Shown piece by piece: positions 39,259 through 52,470 of a DNA stretch of 64,000 bases. Both the position numbers and the translations under genes were made by a program. How positions within the stretch are numbered: position 1 is the first letter of the stretch; each line of letters begins with the position of its first letter. Origin of the DNA: Camelus ferus (lineage: Eukaryota); assembly GCF_009834535.1 (NCBI RefSeq), contig NC_045697.1, positions 27,034,001-27,098,000 on the forward strand. Direction: 5' to 3'. The notes below the pieces were generated by a model. The model worked only from the letters and a program-made list of their open reading frames with translations, did not search any database and had not been told where the DNA came from.

Positions 39259-41044
39259 ACCATTGGAGGAAATGTTCCCCACTCATGGGTCTAGGGCTGC
39301 ACCTTCATGAGCATCCCAGGATGGCAGAGACTGCAGATAGTTCTGTAGTCAGAGGCTGTAAGTTCAGATCAGCTCCTCTTTCCAGTTACGTGACCCTGAA
39401 CATGTAACTTACCCTCTCCATGCATTGGTTTCCTCATCTATAAAGCTGGGATAATGGTATTCACCCCATTAGGAGATGTTTATAATGGTGACATGGGAGA
39501 CATATATCAGTACAACGCCCAGAAGACTAGAATACTGAACTGACATTAGTTGCTTTCATTATCTTCATCACCCTCTTCTTTTTCTGAATTTTTCTTGGTT
39601 CCCTTCCCAAGGCACCAGTAACTGGCTGAGAAGCCAAAGACCGACTTTTCGGTCTGGGCTCCTCAACTCAAGGGAAGGGACCAGATCTTCCCAAAGGCAA
39701 GGTGGCAAGAACCAGCACTGGAAGGCTGTCAGAGCCCCTACATGTACCAGAATCCAGGAGCGCACCTCTCCCAGATTACTGCTAGACCATCCTGGGCAGC
39801 TTAGCTGAGAAGATGCACTCCAAAGCCACTTCTCCCCACCCTCAGCCACACTGACTAAAAGTGAATTCATCAGTAGCACTGACTGAGCGTTTCCCACCTG
39901 CCAGGCCCTGGGCTTCCTTCCCGTGTTATTTCCTGATACCTCACTGCCATCCCTCTAGGCAGGCAGTGTCATTTCCACTCCCCGGTGAGTAAGCCAGGCA
40001 CAGAAAGCCCCAGCACCTCGCCCAGGTCCCAGTGCAGCCAGTGGCGAACGGGGACTTGAACTTGGCAGTGGGATTCCAGGGCCCAGGTTCAGCCTTGCTA
40101 GTCCCCTGTTCCTTCTAGAACCCTACCTCCCCCTCCCTTTATAAGTACAACTCCTTCTGCCTTAATGTTCAGACTCTGATGGTTCCATTGGAGACTTTGG
40201 AGCTGGTCACTCCTGAGTCCTCACACTCATCCTTTTACATCAAATAAGAAACATGAAAGGAATGAATGTGACTCAAGCCAGAACAGAAAGAAAAGAGGAA
40301 GCTGAAAGCTTCAAATTATCATAACCTTTTTTTTTAAAGTAATATCTTCCAAAATTAAAACTACCAAACCAAGAGGCATTTACTTTCACTTTTAAATTGC
40401 TTCAAAATATTTGGTGGAAAGAGTAAAATTTCTATTGGGGGTATTTTAGAAGAGTGGCACATCAGAGAAAGCTGGTTTCCAACTCAATGAAAGGAAAAAA
40501 GCATTGCTTTCTTGTTCCAGCCTTTTTCAAATCACAGTTCACCTAGAAATGATGATAAGATTATATTTCATTCAGCTTGCATGATTTTTTAAAAGGAAAT
40601 TTAATAAGCTGCCAAGATTCAAAAACTTGAGGTGATTTCACATGTAAAAAGTCTAGATTTTCACCTTTTTTTCCCCCGTAAGATCTAGCCTTCTGCTAAG
40701 TGACTTCTGCTTGTGGTAATGATGCAAACCTAGAGATGGATTCTGTGATTACTAGTTTGCCACAATCCCCACCACTCCACATTGCCTCGCAAGTAATCCT
40801 CTCTCCTCATGATCATGCAGGCCAACCCCCTGGGGGAACCTGTGTTGGTGGCCTCCTTACACTAAGCTCTGGACGGACAAGTGATCATGTTCAGGCCCCT
40901 ACAGTCCTACCAGCTCCAAGGAAACATCTCTCATTTCCCTGCCAAGTCACTCCCATGTTACCACAGACCCCAGGGAAGCTCTTGGCACCTCGCCCTCGCC
41001 AAGTGCCACACCACCCCTGATGTTACCATAGTTCCACTTACCTG

Positions 41045-41180
41045 CTATTCTGTGTCACTTTGCTCTTTCTTCACAGGTGTCACAGGCACCTCCCCATTGA
41101 CACCCTCGGGCCCACTGACCGACATCAAACTTCTCCGCTCCTTCTGATTTGACTTGTGCTCCACTTTTGTAACTCTAAAC
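41045..41180 (-). CDS. RELL1: RELL1 (RELT-like 1) exon 6, last coding exon (exon 41042-41180)
   Basis: Acceptor ttcttccctcag|G at 41180 reads (R)FRVTKVEHKSNQKERRSLMSVSGPEGVNGEVPVTPVKKEQSDTE*. TAG at 41045-41047, then CAG|gtaagt donor. Not present in the ORF track. Confidence 0.93.
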
Positions 41181-43199
41181 CTGAGGGAAGAAGAGGAGAT
41201 CTGATGAGTTTTGCTTTTCCACTAAACAAAAATTATGAATGAACCCAAAATCATCCAACTAGAGGATCCCACATGAACTCAGCCAAAAGTTAGGACAGCA
41301 ATGAAAATCACCACGTTCAACAGGAGGGACATTCCCATGCAGCAAAGCCCCTGTCCCCCACTAGACCCCCCAGACGACATTCACTCAGCACGTCAGACTG
41401 CTGCATAGTTTACAGAGCACGGGAACACCGTTCAGAAACACGGCACTCAAGCATTAAACAGCCTCAGAGCTAACGAGGACCTGGGCTTAACATCAGCTGT
41501 TTGAACAACAGAAGGCTGGATAGAAGGCATGCTGGCCTGCAAATCAGATGTTCACTAGAGAACTGCCTTCCTCAGATCCCCGTCAGAGAGTCCTGCCTCC
41601 ACCCACCCGGCCCCAACCACACATTTAACAGCATCAATCAGATCAGTGGTAGGTTTTTGTGTTTATTTGGGTTTTGTCTGTTTTTTTTTTTAAGCGATGG
41701 GTTAATTTTCAGTAAGGATTAGGAAAAAGTTAAGGAATTTGAGACATTCCTTAAGGATTAAGAGAGAAGTAAAAAATGTACTCAATTGACTGCTTTTCTA
41801 CTCCATCATATCAATTCCCGGAAGTCTTTCCTAACAGTTTCTCCGTGGTTCTTAATTTCCCTTAAATGATCTAAAACAAATTCTCCTTCTGTGTCACCCA
41901 CCAGAAGGAGGAGGGAGACTCTGAGGGAGTGAAAGGATGTATCAGGGGAAAGTTGTCACCACAAATCTATTCGGTCAAACTGCAAGACTCTCTTTAAGCA
42001 CACGCTGAAAAACAGCCTGTAATCATTCAACAGCCATAGTGTTTACCTCCGAGACAGAGAGTTGGATTGGGGGCATTTAAAAATGCCACGTTGAATCCGA
42101 GTTGAAAATTTCAGCAGATTTTTTAAAAAGCAAACAAAATACACTTTGTCCAAACAAGTTACAGGCCCTCACCCCACTCCACATTCATACGTTCCCGTGA
42201 CTCTGCTCCTTAATAAAATAGTCTGGTCATGAGTTGTACAGCTTTGCTCGACATGGCAAACAGCCCTGCAGTCTTCTCCTTGTGCTTGTGCAACACATGA
42301 TGAAACGCAACTGAATTCAAATCACATCAACACTAACAACAGCCAACATTTCGTGAGTGCGTAATAAGCACCAAAACTGACCTAAGAAGTTTACGTGAGT
42401 CACCTTATTCAGTCTTCACAGCAACCCGATGTGGTGAGTGTTACTGTCATCCCCTTTTTATAGAGGGGGAAACTGAGGCAGAGAGAAGTAACAGTTTGTA
42501 AGCAGTGGTGCCAGGACTCAAATGGAGATTCAGTGAGTCCGGCGACTCTTTCCAGAGTTCATCAGTAGAGAAGGAAGGATCATGTGTGCAACACTGACAA
42601 CTGCTGCTCAGGGCTTCCCCAGCCAGGCCCCAGCACACATACTCCTGACCATTACTCTCCACCTGTAGCATGAGCCAGGCAGCTCCTGCAAGAGGCTCAA
42701 AATCGAAGCAAAAATGCTCTGCCTATCGTCCTACTGATTCATCACTTGAACTGCAAGATCTCCACATCACATATGGTCACCAGTAAATGGTACTTTAGGA
42801 CTGGGAAACCCAGGACACAGGGGAGGTGAACTACAGGAAAGCAGTCCCAGGAGTCCACGTGGCTCTTACAGGGCAGGGACTGGAGAGCAGCGACCAGCTC
42901 CCTCTCTCCCCTTCATCTCTCCTGGCCATTAAGTGTGGCCGAGGGATTGAGTTCCCGCCAGAGGAATGTGCACAAGAATGAATCTGCCACTTCAGGCCCA
43001 TCTCATTAAAAATCTCTCATGACCAATCCTCTGCATACTTTCTCCTCCAGCAAACCTGGCAGAGCCGCAAGATCGAAAGGACCTGGGGCTCTGGACGACT
43101 GCTTGAAGATCCATCACTGATCTTTTGATTCCCACAAGCGAAATATAAACTTGTATTCTGTATAGAGTTGAGATTTGGGCTTTATCTATCAGAGCAAGT

Positions 43200-43725
43200 G
43201 TGATGGTTAATTTTATGTGTCAACATGACTGGGCTAAGGGCTGCCCAGAGAGCTGGTCGAACATTAGTTCTGAGTGAGTATGGGAGGGTGTTTCCAGAAG
43301 AGATTAGCATTTGAATCAACAGACTGAATAAAGATGATCACACTCACCAATGCAGGTGGGCATCAACCAATCCCTTGAGAGCCTGAATAGAACAAAAAGG
43401 CAGAAGACTGAATCTGCTCTTTTTGCTTGAGCTGAGACATTCTTCTTCTTTTGACATCAGATATGAGCATTCCTGGTTCCAGGGCCTTCAGACTGGGACC
43501 GGGACTTACACTATCAGCTCCCGTGGTTCTCAGTCCTTGGAACTTACACTGAATGACACCACCAGCTCTCCTGGGTCTCCAGCTCACAGACAGAAGATTG
43601 TGGGACTCTTTGTCCTCTATAATCGTGTGGGCCAATTCTTATGATAAATCTCCTCTTTTGTGTGTGTATGTGTGTGTGTATATATACATCTTACTGATTC
43701 TGCCTCTTTGGAGAACCTCAATTCA
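43200..43725. mobile_element. MLT2 (ERVL) solo LTR
   Basis: Begins TGTGATGGTTAATTTTATGTGTCAAC and contains GAGATTAGCATTTGAATCA and TCTTTGGAGAACC, all MLT2 signatures. Confidence 0.85.
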
Positions 43726-43964
43726 GCAAGTAATTAATTTGTTACCTTAATTAATACATCTCACATTTGATCTTGCAATAGCCACCTCTTAGAATTCTTC
43801 TGCTATTAGAAAAATGCAGGACTCCGACCACAAAACATCAAAGAAGCCCAGAGACAGGACCTGAGCCAGGTTCAGGAGAACATACTCTACATTTAACAGG
43901 TGAGCGCAAATCCACACAGCACAGCAACCACGCCACACAAACCCAAAGCGCCCCCAGGACTCAC

Positions 43965-44201
43965 CTGCCCACAGAGAGGACGGTGACCTCTCCTTGGCGC
44001 CTTGAGCGGCCCTCTTTGGACTTGTTGGTGGGTTTTATGAAGTGCCACCGCTTGTGCCTACACCGATGACACACGTCCCGCTCAACAACACCGCCCACTG
44101 TGTGCAGATGGTGCCCGCAGACGTGCTTCCCTGGGGTGGCCCCTGGTGACAAAGGCCCGGGGCTCACAGGCGGGCTCCCAGGAGTGCTGGGGGTCACGGG
44201 G
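43965..44201 (-). CDS. RELL1: RELL1 exon 5 (237 nt)
   Basis: Acceptor ttcccacctcag| and donor AG|gtgagt. Encodes PVTPSTPGSPPVSPGPLSPGATPGKHVCGHHLHTVGGVVERDVCHRCRHKRWHFIKP...GEVTVLSVGR, phase 2-2. Confidence 0.95.
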
Positions 44202-44762
44202 CTGAGGTGGGAAGAAAAAGGGAAAGGTAGAACTGGATACTTAGAAGAAATACCAGCCACGGCAATCTCTCCCTCTGCAATGTAAGAAGCAGGTTTAAAT
44301 CAAGAGAAAAGGTTTCTCTTCCAATTATACAAATGGGCTTTGTGAATCCATCTTCAGCAGCAGGTATTCAGCTCTCATGACTATACGATGACAGCCATTT
44401 TAAACAGTAATAACGTGATTTATCACTTCTAGTAAGGAATTAACTGGCTGGAAATAAACCACTGCTTCTAATGATGATGCATTGTTTGTCCTTAAAGTAT
44501 TAGGTTTCTTTCTAAATGGCCTAGCTCCCTTCCCATGATAATTTCTCAATCTAATTTCATGCAAACTAATTTCTCACACATATCCAAGTGCCTGCCTAGA
44601 TCTCTAAGCAAAGAGATGCCCTGAACACACGTGCCCTGGAGGAGAGAAAAACTTAAATTCTAATCAAATTATCGGATGACTTAAGATAAAATATTTGATC
44701 CAATCCGACCATTATGTCAAAGGAAGAAAGCTTTTAGGTCAAGATATCAAAAGTGATGCTCA

Positions 44763-44952
44763 TGTAGAATAGATAAACAAGATTATACTGTACTGTACAG
44801 GGAAACACATACAAGATCTTGTGGTAGCTCACAGTGAAAAAAAATGTGACAATGAATATATGTATGTTCATGTATAACTGAAAAATTGTGCTCTACACTG
44901 GAATTTGACACATTGTAAAATGACTACAACTCAATTTTTAAAATGTTGAAAA
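44763..44952 (+). mobile_element. Young 5'-truncated LINE-1 3' end
   Basis: Perfect 14-bp TSD AAAAGTGATGCTCA at 44749-44762 and 44953-44966. Closely similar to the copy at ~47325-47510. Confidence 0.88.
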
Positions 44953-46841
44953 AAAAGTGATGCTCAAAAGAGATGTTGATAATAGTAATAATAAAAATAA
45001 CTAACAAGCAGCAGACTAAGCATTTGATATACGTTAACTCAGTTCATCTTTACAAAATCTTATGAGGTAGATATTACTAATTTCCTCATTTTAAAAATGA
45101 GGACGCTGAGCCTCAGAGCAGTTAAGTAAATTGCCCAAGCTATTAAGTGTATTAGCCACACAGCTAGTAAGTGATGGATCTGAAATCCAAATCTAGACAG
45201 ACTAAATCTAGAAACCTTGCTCTTAACCATCAGGCCATAGTGCTTCAGAAACAGGGGAGAGTGCTTTAATAACCTGGAAGGAACCCCAGCCAGACCGTGC
45301 AAAATGTAAAATGCAGAAGTATGCAGGTCAGATGCTGGCTGCTTCCAAAGGCACATGTCGAGGCTCAGGTCCACTAGAAAAAGAGGAACTAAGACCGGAT
45401 GGGGCCCCCTGGCCAGGAATCAGCCCTCTGATGTGGGGAGGGGCTGTTGCTGGGACAGCACATCGCAGCGGAGCCCAACCCTCGAGACTGGCCAGGAGCC
45501 CCGCAGGCACACGGAGGTCCTACAACAGCCTAATCCAGCCTTTATGCTGCTGATACTCAGCCCACTCGTCCACTTCAAACAAAGCACACCTGATCGAAGT
45601 GACGGTCTCAAACATCGCTGACAGCCGTAAGCTTTCTGCTGTTTGTTAGGGATGCTCTTTACATGTTGTTAAAATAAAAACACATAGCAGCAGCTTTCTA
45701 GGGTAAAACAGTGTTAAATTAACACTGCATACTAAGAGGTTGAATTTGAAAGTTTAACAACATTCATTTGACAAACATCGATCAAATACCCGCTGTGCAC
45801 AAAATCCAGTGACAGGGACTAGAGGATGCCCTGAGATGAATGAGATGACATGGTCCTAATGCGGGGTGTCTGTGGTCAGGGCTGGAAGGGGGGCGGAAAT
45901 CTCATCTCGTAGGTCTCTACGAACTACAGCACCTGAGCTTCCTGCACCAAGTCACCCCACTAATACGCACATCTAACATGGCCAGTGTGAAAAACACATA
46001 TTAAATAGCTGGATGTGCTGGGTGCACCACCCACAGAGGAAGCAGAAAAAGGTCCAAACTCCTCGCCAGGTCACTCGGACCCAACATGCCTCCCCGGCCC
46101 TTCTTGCTACTGTCCACAGGGTGGCCCCTGGCCTCCCCAGACTGAACCTTCCCAGGGGCATCCCACACTTTCACTCAGGGGCCTTCTGTCCTGGACTATC
46201 TCCACCTACAAGCAGCCCCTGCCTCTCATCTCTGGCTGGTGCATGCCCAGTTCAGAGGGCACTTCTGTGAACCTTCCCTGATCTCCCACTGGCATCAAGG
46301 AGCCCCCAGAGTGAGCAGGCTTTGCTTCTTCTCCAGGACTCTCCTGCTCTCCAGCACAAGGCCTTGTGTTTAAGTCTCCCACTCCCTGAGTCTTCCACAG
46401 TGAGGATCAGGGAAGGCCCAGCTCCAGGACCAGACCCAGCACACAGCAAGCCTTAAATAAATGCTCCTTGATTATCTAGAAATACAGTTACCTGTAATTA
46501 ATTAGGAAGGACTATGATGCTCAATAACCATAACTAAAAACTGGTAATACAAAAACAGAACTTAGCAGGAGCCCCAAACCAGCCTAACCAGGTTTCCTTT
46601 AATCCTCATTGTTCACAGAGGTCTTTTGATGCCTGGGGTATTCTGTATTCTTCATAATAACCCAATGACATTGGTACAACAGTTATCTCCATTTTACAGA
46701 TGATGGAATGTGAGGTCAGAGTGGTTGTTAACTTACCCGAGAAGAGGTGACCCATAAGTGTAGGGTCAGACCCAACCCAGGTCCCTAATTCCAATGCTGC
46801 TACTCCCCCCACCCCAATCCCTGCCCCAGGATTCGCTGACA

Positions 46842-47058
46842 CAGTAGTTCTCAACCAGGGGCAATTTTGCCCCCAGGGGACACTGACAATGTGCAGAGAA
46901 GTTTTGGGTTGTCACCCAGCAGGAGACCAGGACAATGGCATCTAGCAAGTGGAGGCCAGGAATGCTGTTAAACATCCTATAATGCACAGGACAGTTCCCC
47001 ACAGCCAAGAATTATCTGGCCCACATGTCAACAGTGCCAAAGTTGGGAAACCTGCTTT
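46842..47058. mobile_element. MER20 hAT-Charlie MITE
   Basis: CAGTAGTTCTCAACCAGGGGCAATTTTGCCCCCAGGGGACA...GCCAAAGTTGGGAAACC. Confidence 0.85.
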
Positions 47059-47108
47059 AGCAGATAACTGATAACAAAAGCCCCATTAAAGGAGGGCCGA
47101 GCACTCAC

Positions 47109-47166
47109 CTTTCAGGGTCGTACAGGCTGTTATCTGCCACCATAGCTTTTAAAACATCAGCATTTG
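47109..47166 (-). CDS. RELL1: RELL1 exon 4 (58 nt)
   Basis: Acceptor cccctcctcag| and donor AG|gtgagt. Encodes (A)NADVLKAMVADNSLYDPE(S), phase 1-2, joining exons 3 and 5 in frame. Confidence 0.93.
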
Positions 47167-47256
47167 CTGAGGAGGGGGGAAAAAAGTAGAATTAAAATGG
47201 AATGAATCAGATTACATCACAGAAATATCACATCAGAAAAGCTGTTAGAAAAACAC

Positions 47257-47517
47257 CTCATTGGGGGAGGTGGGGTGGGAAGGGACAGACTGGGAGTTTG
47301 AAATTTGTAGACACTGACAGGCATATGTAGAATAGATAAACAAGATTATACTGTGTAGCACAGGGAAATATATACAGGATCTGGTGGTAGCTCACAGCGA
47401 AAAAGAATGCAACAATGAATATATGTATGTTCACGTATAACTGAAAAATTGTGCTCTACACTGGAAATTGACACAACATTGTAAACTGACTATAACTCAA
47501 TTAAAAAAAAAAAAGAA
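47257..47517 (+). mobile_element. Young 5'-truncated LINE-1 3' end
   Basis: G-rich L1 3' UTR followed by TAGATAAACAAGATTATACTG...AACTCAATTAAAAAAAA. Possible TSD AGAAAAACA. Confidence 0.85.
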
Positions 47518-50500
47518 AGAAAAACATTGAGTTCCTCCAGGTCACCGATGAGGCCCTAGGGCCCTGGAGAAGGAAGGGCCTTCCCTAAGGTAACCCCATG
47601 ACGTGGCACCATCTGCCACATTTTCACCACGCAGGAATTTACTAAGAGTGACAGACTCTATGCAGAGGAAAGCAGATCTGCTACAGAGCTTTGTTCCCTA
47701 CACATCTTAGCAACATAATACAGAAGACATTTCTCCACACCCCATCGTCTCAAACCAAAGGGAAACAGCATTTAACTCATTCTGTCAAATATGTAGTGTA
47801 ATGTATGTCTAAGAACTTGTAGGTGCTCAAATAATTAGCCCTAAATTCTGGACACCCATGTAATATGAATCTCACACAGAATACGGGCTGAGGAAGAGTT
47901 AACTTTACAGGTGGGACATTCGGCTGAGCTCTGCTTAAGGACCATAGACCTTAACTCAAGCCAGATCTCTAAAAATTTCGAGTGTTGGTCACACACATCA
48001 GTTATCTAATATGAACTGAGTTAAATTAGCCTTCTAATGTTAATTTTCAAAAAAATCCAAATTTGTAGGTGGGGTCTAGGCCGCCAACGAAAGCAAATTG
48101 AATCTAAGCTTCTTGAGTGCCTACCCCACCCCCACGCGCAGTCACACAGGATCTTTTCATCTTTTGTAAGACGTCATGTCTTAAGGATGAAAGCCTGAAG
48201 TGAATGTTCAAGTTCTCCTGCATATTTCCTGGCAAGGCCAGATGTTCTTACTGACTCCTGACCCCTTTCCATTGATTTTTAAAGCACTGTTCCCAGGACT
48301 AACCACAACAAATTCTCTAGAGATGAAACAATAAAAATCACTATTCACCATGTGAGCTGACACCAACATTTAGCATTTAACATCTCAAACGACATCCCAA
48401 GAGGAGGAAAATTAACTCTAGTTTCAACATTGCTGCTTTTAAGTGTTAAACACTGAAAGCTTTATGTGGTGTTTCTCAACTTTTTCTCATTATTGCCCCA
48501 CTCCAACCCTTTCTCTGACTCTTTTTTCCTAACCACCCTCCCATGAAACTATAATACTGCAGATACACATCTGTTTATGCACTATATACATATCTTGCTT
48601 TACATATAAAATAATACAGGGTGGTTTTTTTTGCCCCCACAATCCAATTTTCTCCACTAAAAACTTTGCAAAATGCATGGAGTTTTAAAAGAAGCATTAA
48701 CAGAGCATATCATCCTTTCCAAAAAAAAATTTTTTTTTCTTTGCCCTTCATGACTATCTGTGAGGATCCACAAATGCATTTATTTGTAAACACAAGTTTT
48801 GATCTAAATGAGTCTTATCATTACAAAAAAGGTACTGAAATTGATAAGTAGTATCTTCTCCCATACAACAAAAAGGGCATGTTTAAGTACAACCTAGGAC
48901 ATTAAGGACAAATTTAAGTACAACCTAGTCATTTCTTCTTTGAACTAATATTAAGAATTCAGAAAAATAATTTTCTTTCAGATAAAGGCTTTAGGGAACA
49001 CACAATAATTTGCCAGCTGACACTTAGACTCGGCCACCATTTACTAAACTTCAAAACGATAAACAGAAAAGAGGAAAAACAACAACCAAAAAAAGGTATG
49101 CAAACAAAGATAGTACTAATAGCACTCACAAGAATGAGCTTTTCAAAAACAAAAGTTTAAATAGTTGTCTGAGAAAACTAATCACCTACAAAATGATCAA
49201 ATTCTAAGATGTTCCCAGGAAGATTATTAAAATATATTGAAATTGTTACTAAGATTTTTATTTTCTAGGCTTGTGTTGTTTCTCCTGTATTCATGGACTC
49301 CTGTACCTCACCTTCATCTCTGAGAAATAATAGTGAACAGTGACTTTATTTGCTATGAGTGATGTCTTTAAAAGCAGGCTCAACTTTCTATCCTAGTATC
49401 ATTCATACCCATGGAGGGAGTAAATTTCAGTAAACTGTCCCTTGGGAACATTTTTAGTTTCCTGTGATGAGAAAACTCTAACATAACACACACATCATTA
49501 AGACACAAACACACACTTCCACTTGGTTGTAAAAATTACTATAAAAGAGCAATAATCCAATCAAAGTTCTACTGAATATATTCCTCCCAGTGATTACTCA
49601 CAACTCCAATGAGCCTTAAAAGATGGCTTCTCCTATACTTGTCAACAATCTGTCCAACTTTATACTTTCCCTTATGGGTGTCCAAAGGATGGGAGGAAAG
49701 TTATAAGGCACGGAAAACCTGTCAAGAACAGGGGAAATTTTCTAGGGGGCAGTAATTTCCAGAAAATGCCTCCTCTCTTCTTTCCTGAAGTTCTGCCTGA
49801 TAATATGCATAAAGCAGTCAAAACCAGACAAGAAAAATGCCCTATTTTCTCTCCCACCCGTATTCTCTTCAGAGTTTTCCCTTACATTCAAGGCACATTT
49901 CACAAGCAAGAACTTCTACTGCTATCAGCAAAATTAGAGTGTCTGGTATATGCCGGTCACTGGCTAAAAGCTTCACAGACTCTACCATGTTTGATCTCCC
50001 TGACAGTAGGAAGAATTAACATCCCCATTTTACAGATAGAGAGACTGAGGCCTAAAGACTGTGACTGGTCAGAATCACATAGCTAGAAACAGACCTAGAT
50101 ACAAACCCTGGTCTATCTGACTTTAGGGTGGCTGATTTAACCCCCACATCTTCCTCCCTACTCCTTCAATGTCCAAGTCTCTAAATGATTAGTAGTTTAA
50201 GAGTTCACAGGATGTGTGGATAATCATTATAGCAAGTTTCAGAGACCTACTCAATAATAACAGTAATTTTATAAAGGAATCCCTTTTGCCATCACACAAA
50301 TTGAGCCCCATGGTAAGAATTTTACCAAGGGATCCCTCGGCCTCGTGTGAATAACCGTAACCAGGGGTGCTTGGAGAATAACAACACTCTCAGCTGCTGC
50401 TATCAGACAGGGTCAGGGTCTGGCACAGAAGCTCAGCTAAGGAGTCTCAGGTACTTTCCAAACCCCCGCACAATGCAAGAAAACCCCCGTGACTACCCAA

Positions 50501-52276
50501 ACCCTCCTCAGTTCAGCTCGATTTGGAAAGGATTAGAGATTAGGAGGAAAATAATCAGTGTGCAAGTCAGCTGATAAATGCATCATTCGAGAGATATTTA
50601 TCTAAACTAAACTCGATTTGCAACATTCAACACATGATAGCTTTAAATTGTAAACAAGCACGGATGAAATATTACTTCCTTGGCCAAATTAAAAATGCAA
50701 AGCAGAAGACCAGTCATATACTGTGACTGCAAGTGCTTAACATGTAACTATAGGCAAAGGAAGCCTAAATGATGGGGAAATGGTAATGAACGGATTGTTT
50801 TTCAATTTTTTTCCTTTTTTTTTTTTCAATGTTTAAATAAAAGTTATGTTACGGTGTGCTGAGAATTAAAAAAAATAGAAAGTTAAGTTAACCTCAACAG
50901 AGAGGTCTACATTGATAATAAGTTCAGAGTCTGTTCATGACAGAGACAAAGAAAAGGAAAATGCACATTGTTCTATAGACGACTTAAGTCTCAAATGCCA
51001 ATTTAAAAAGCTAGTTTATAAACTGGTAAGACACCCAAGTATGTATCTAACTCCCCAGCAGTGGTTTTGGTACAGGACGGAAGCTAGAGGGGGTCATGGC
51101 TGAAAAAGGGATGTCCAGGGAGACAAGATGTCTCCTGGTGGCCAAGGAGAACTAAGGGCTACACAAAGCCACCACCCACCCTCACAGGTCGCTGGACAAA
51201 TCCCAGGCAGAGCGATGCAGGGAAGAGAGGAAAGAATAAGACAGAAGGAAAGACCTGGGGAGCGGAAGAGAAAGGTAGAGATCAGTGCCTTGGTGTTCCT
51301 CTGACAGATCTCTGGTAACCAAGGCAGCGGAAATCGAAAGGCTACCTTCCGAAAGGAAAAGGACATAATTAAAAAAGAGAAGAATAGCCCCGTTGCCCAT
51401 GAGTGTGGGAGGGGAGGAAATTATATAGTCGGCTTGCTCCAGGGACCCAAAGGCTTCTCCTCTGCTGTAATCAGGAGGAGGGGCCCACTGCTGGCTCCGA
51501 CCTGCCGGCTGTGTGATCTTGGGCAACTTTCTTAGCCTCTGGGCCTCTGTTTCCTCATCTGCAAAATGGGATGATAACAGGGCCTACCTCATAAGGTAGT
51601 TTGGAGAATTTAACGAGCTAACGTTTAGGAGTTCTATAAAGCACCCCAGCTGCATACGTTTTTCCTTTGAAAGGAGGAAGGCTAGCATCCCACTTTCCTG
51701 CTACAGGAAAGAGGCAGGACAGCAAGTGGGGAAGGATACACTCCGAAGTTAGATGCTCAAGGTCAAATGTCAGCTCTGCTGTCTGCACAGAGCAACGTTG
51801 GCAAGTTAGTTAAGCGCTGTGGACCTCTTTCTCAACTGTAAAATGGGAATAAAGTATCTGAATCATAGGGTTGTTAGCTCCTAGAAAGCCCAAAGAACAG
51901 GCATGGCATGTAGCAAGCACTCAGGGCTGACTATGAAATTACACAGGAGAACTTCAGCCCCGGGCAAAGTCTGCACATTGACTTATCTCAACCGATTCGC
52001 CTGTCAGTCACCCCCGCATCCTGCACTCACTAACTTAGCAGCTGCTTCAGCTCTCAGAAGCCTGGGTCCCAAAGACCTCCCAGCTCCCCAAAGCCACAAA
52101 GGCAGTTTCCACGAGAGCAATGAAGGAGCTGTCCACGCCTTATTCTGTGCAGCTCTGTAATGACTAGAGTTTCTATGCCAAGAACATAATTGTGCATTTA
52201 TGTATTTCATATGCAAATTAAAAACAACTTTTTTATGGAAAAGAAACATGGAGTGCTGCTCAAGAATAGCATCACC

Positions 52277-52470
52277 GGGGGAGGGAATAGATCAGGGGTA
52301 GAGGACGTGCCTAGCGTGCACAAGATCTTGGGTTCAATCCCCAGCACCTCCATTAAAGATAGAGCGATAGATAGATAAACCTAATTAGCCCCCACAAAAA
52401 AATAAAAAAGAAAAAAAGTCAAAAAAGAAAAAGAAATTTCTCTGTATTAAATATTTCTGTATTAAAAAAA
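52277..52470 (+). mobile_element. tRNA-derived SINE, camelid Vic-1 type
   Basis: GGGGGAGGGAATAGATCAG...GGGTTCAATCCCCAG...AAACCTAATT with A-rich tail. TSD AAGAATAGCATCACC / AAAAATAGCCTCACC. Confidence 0.85.

Noticed and set aside
52277..52350. tRNA-like A/B-box sequences here and at four other sites
   Set aside because: These are SINE heads with tails and TSDs, not tRNA genes.
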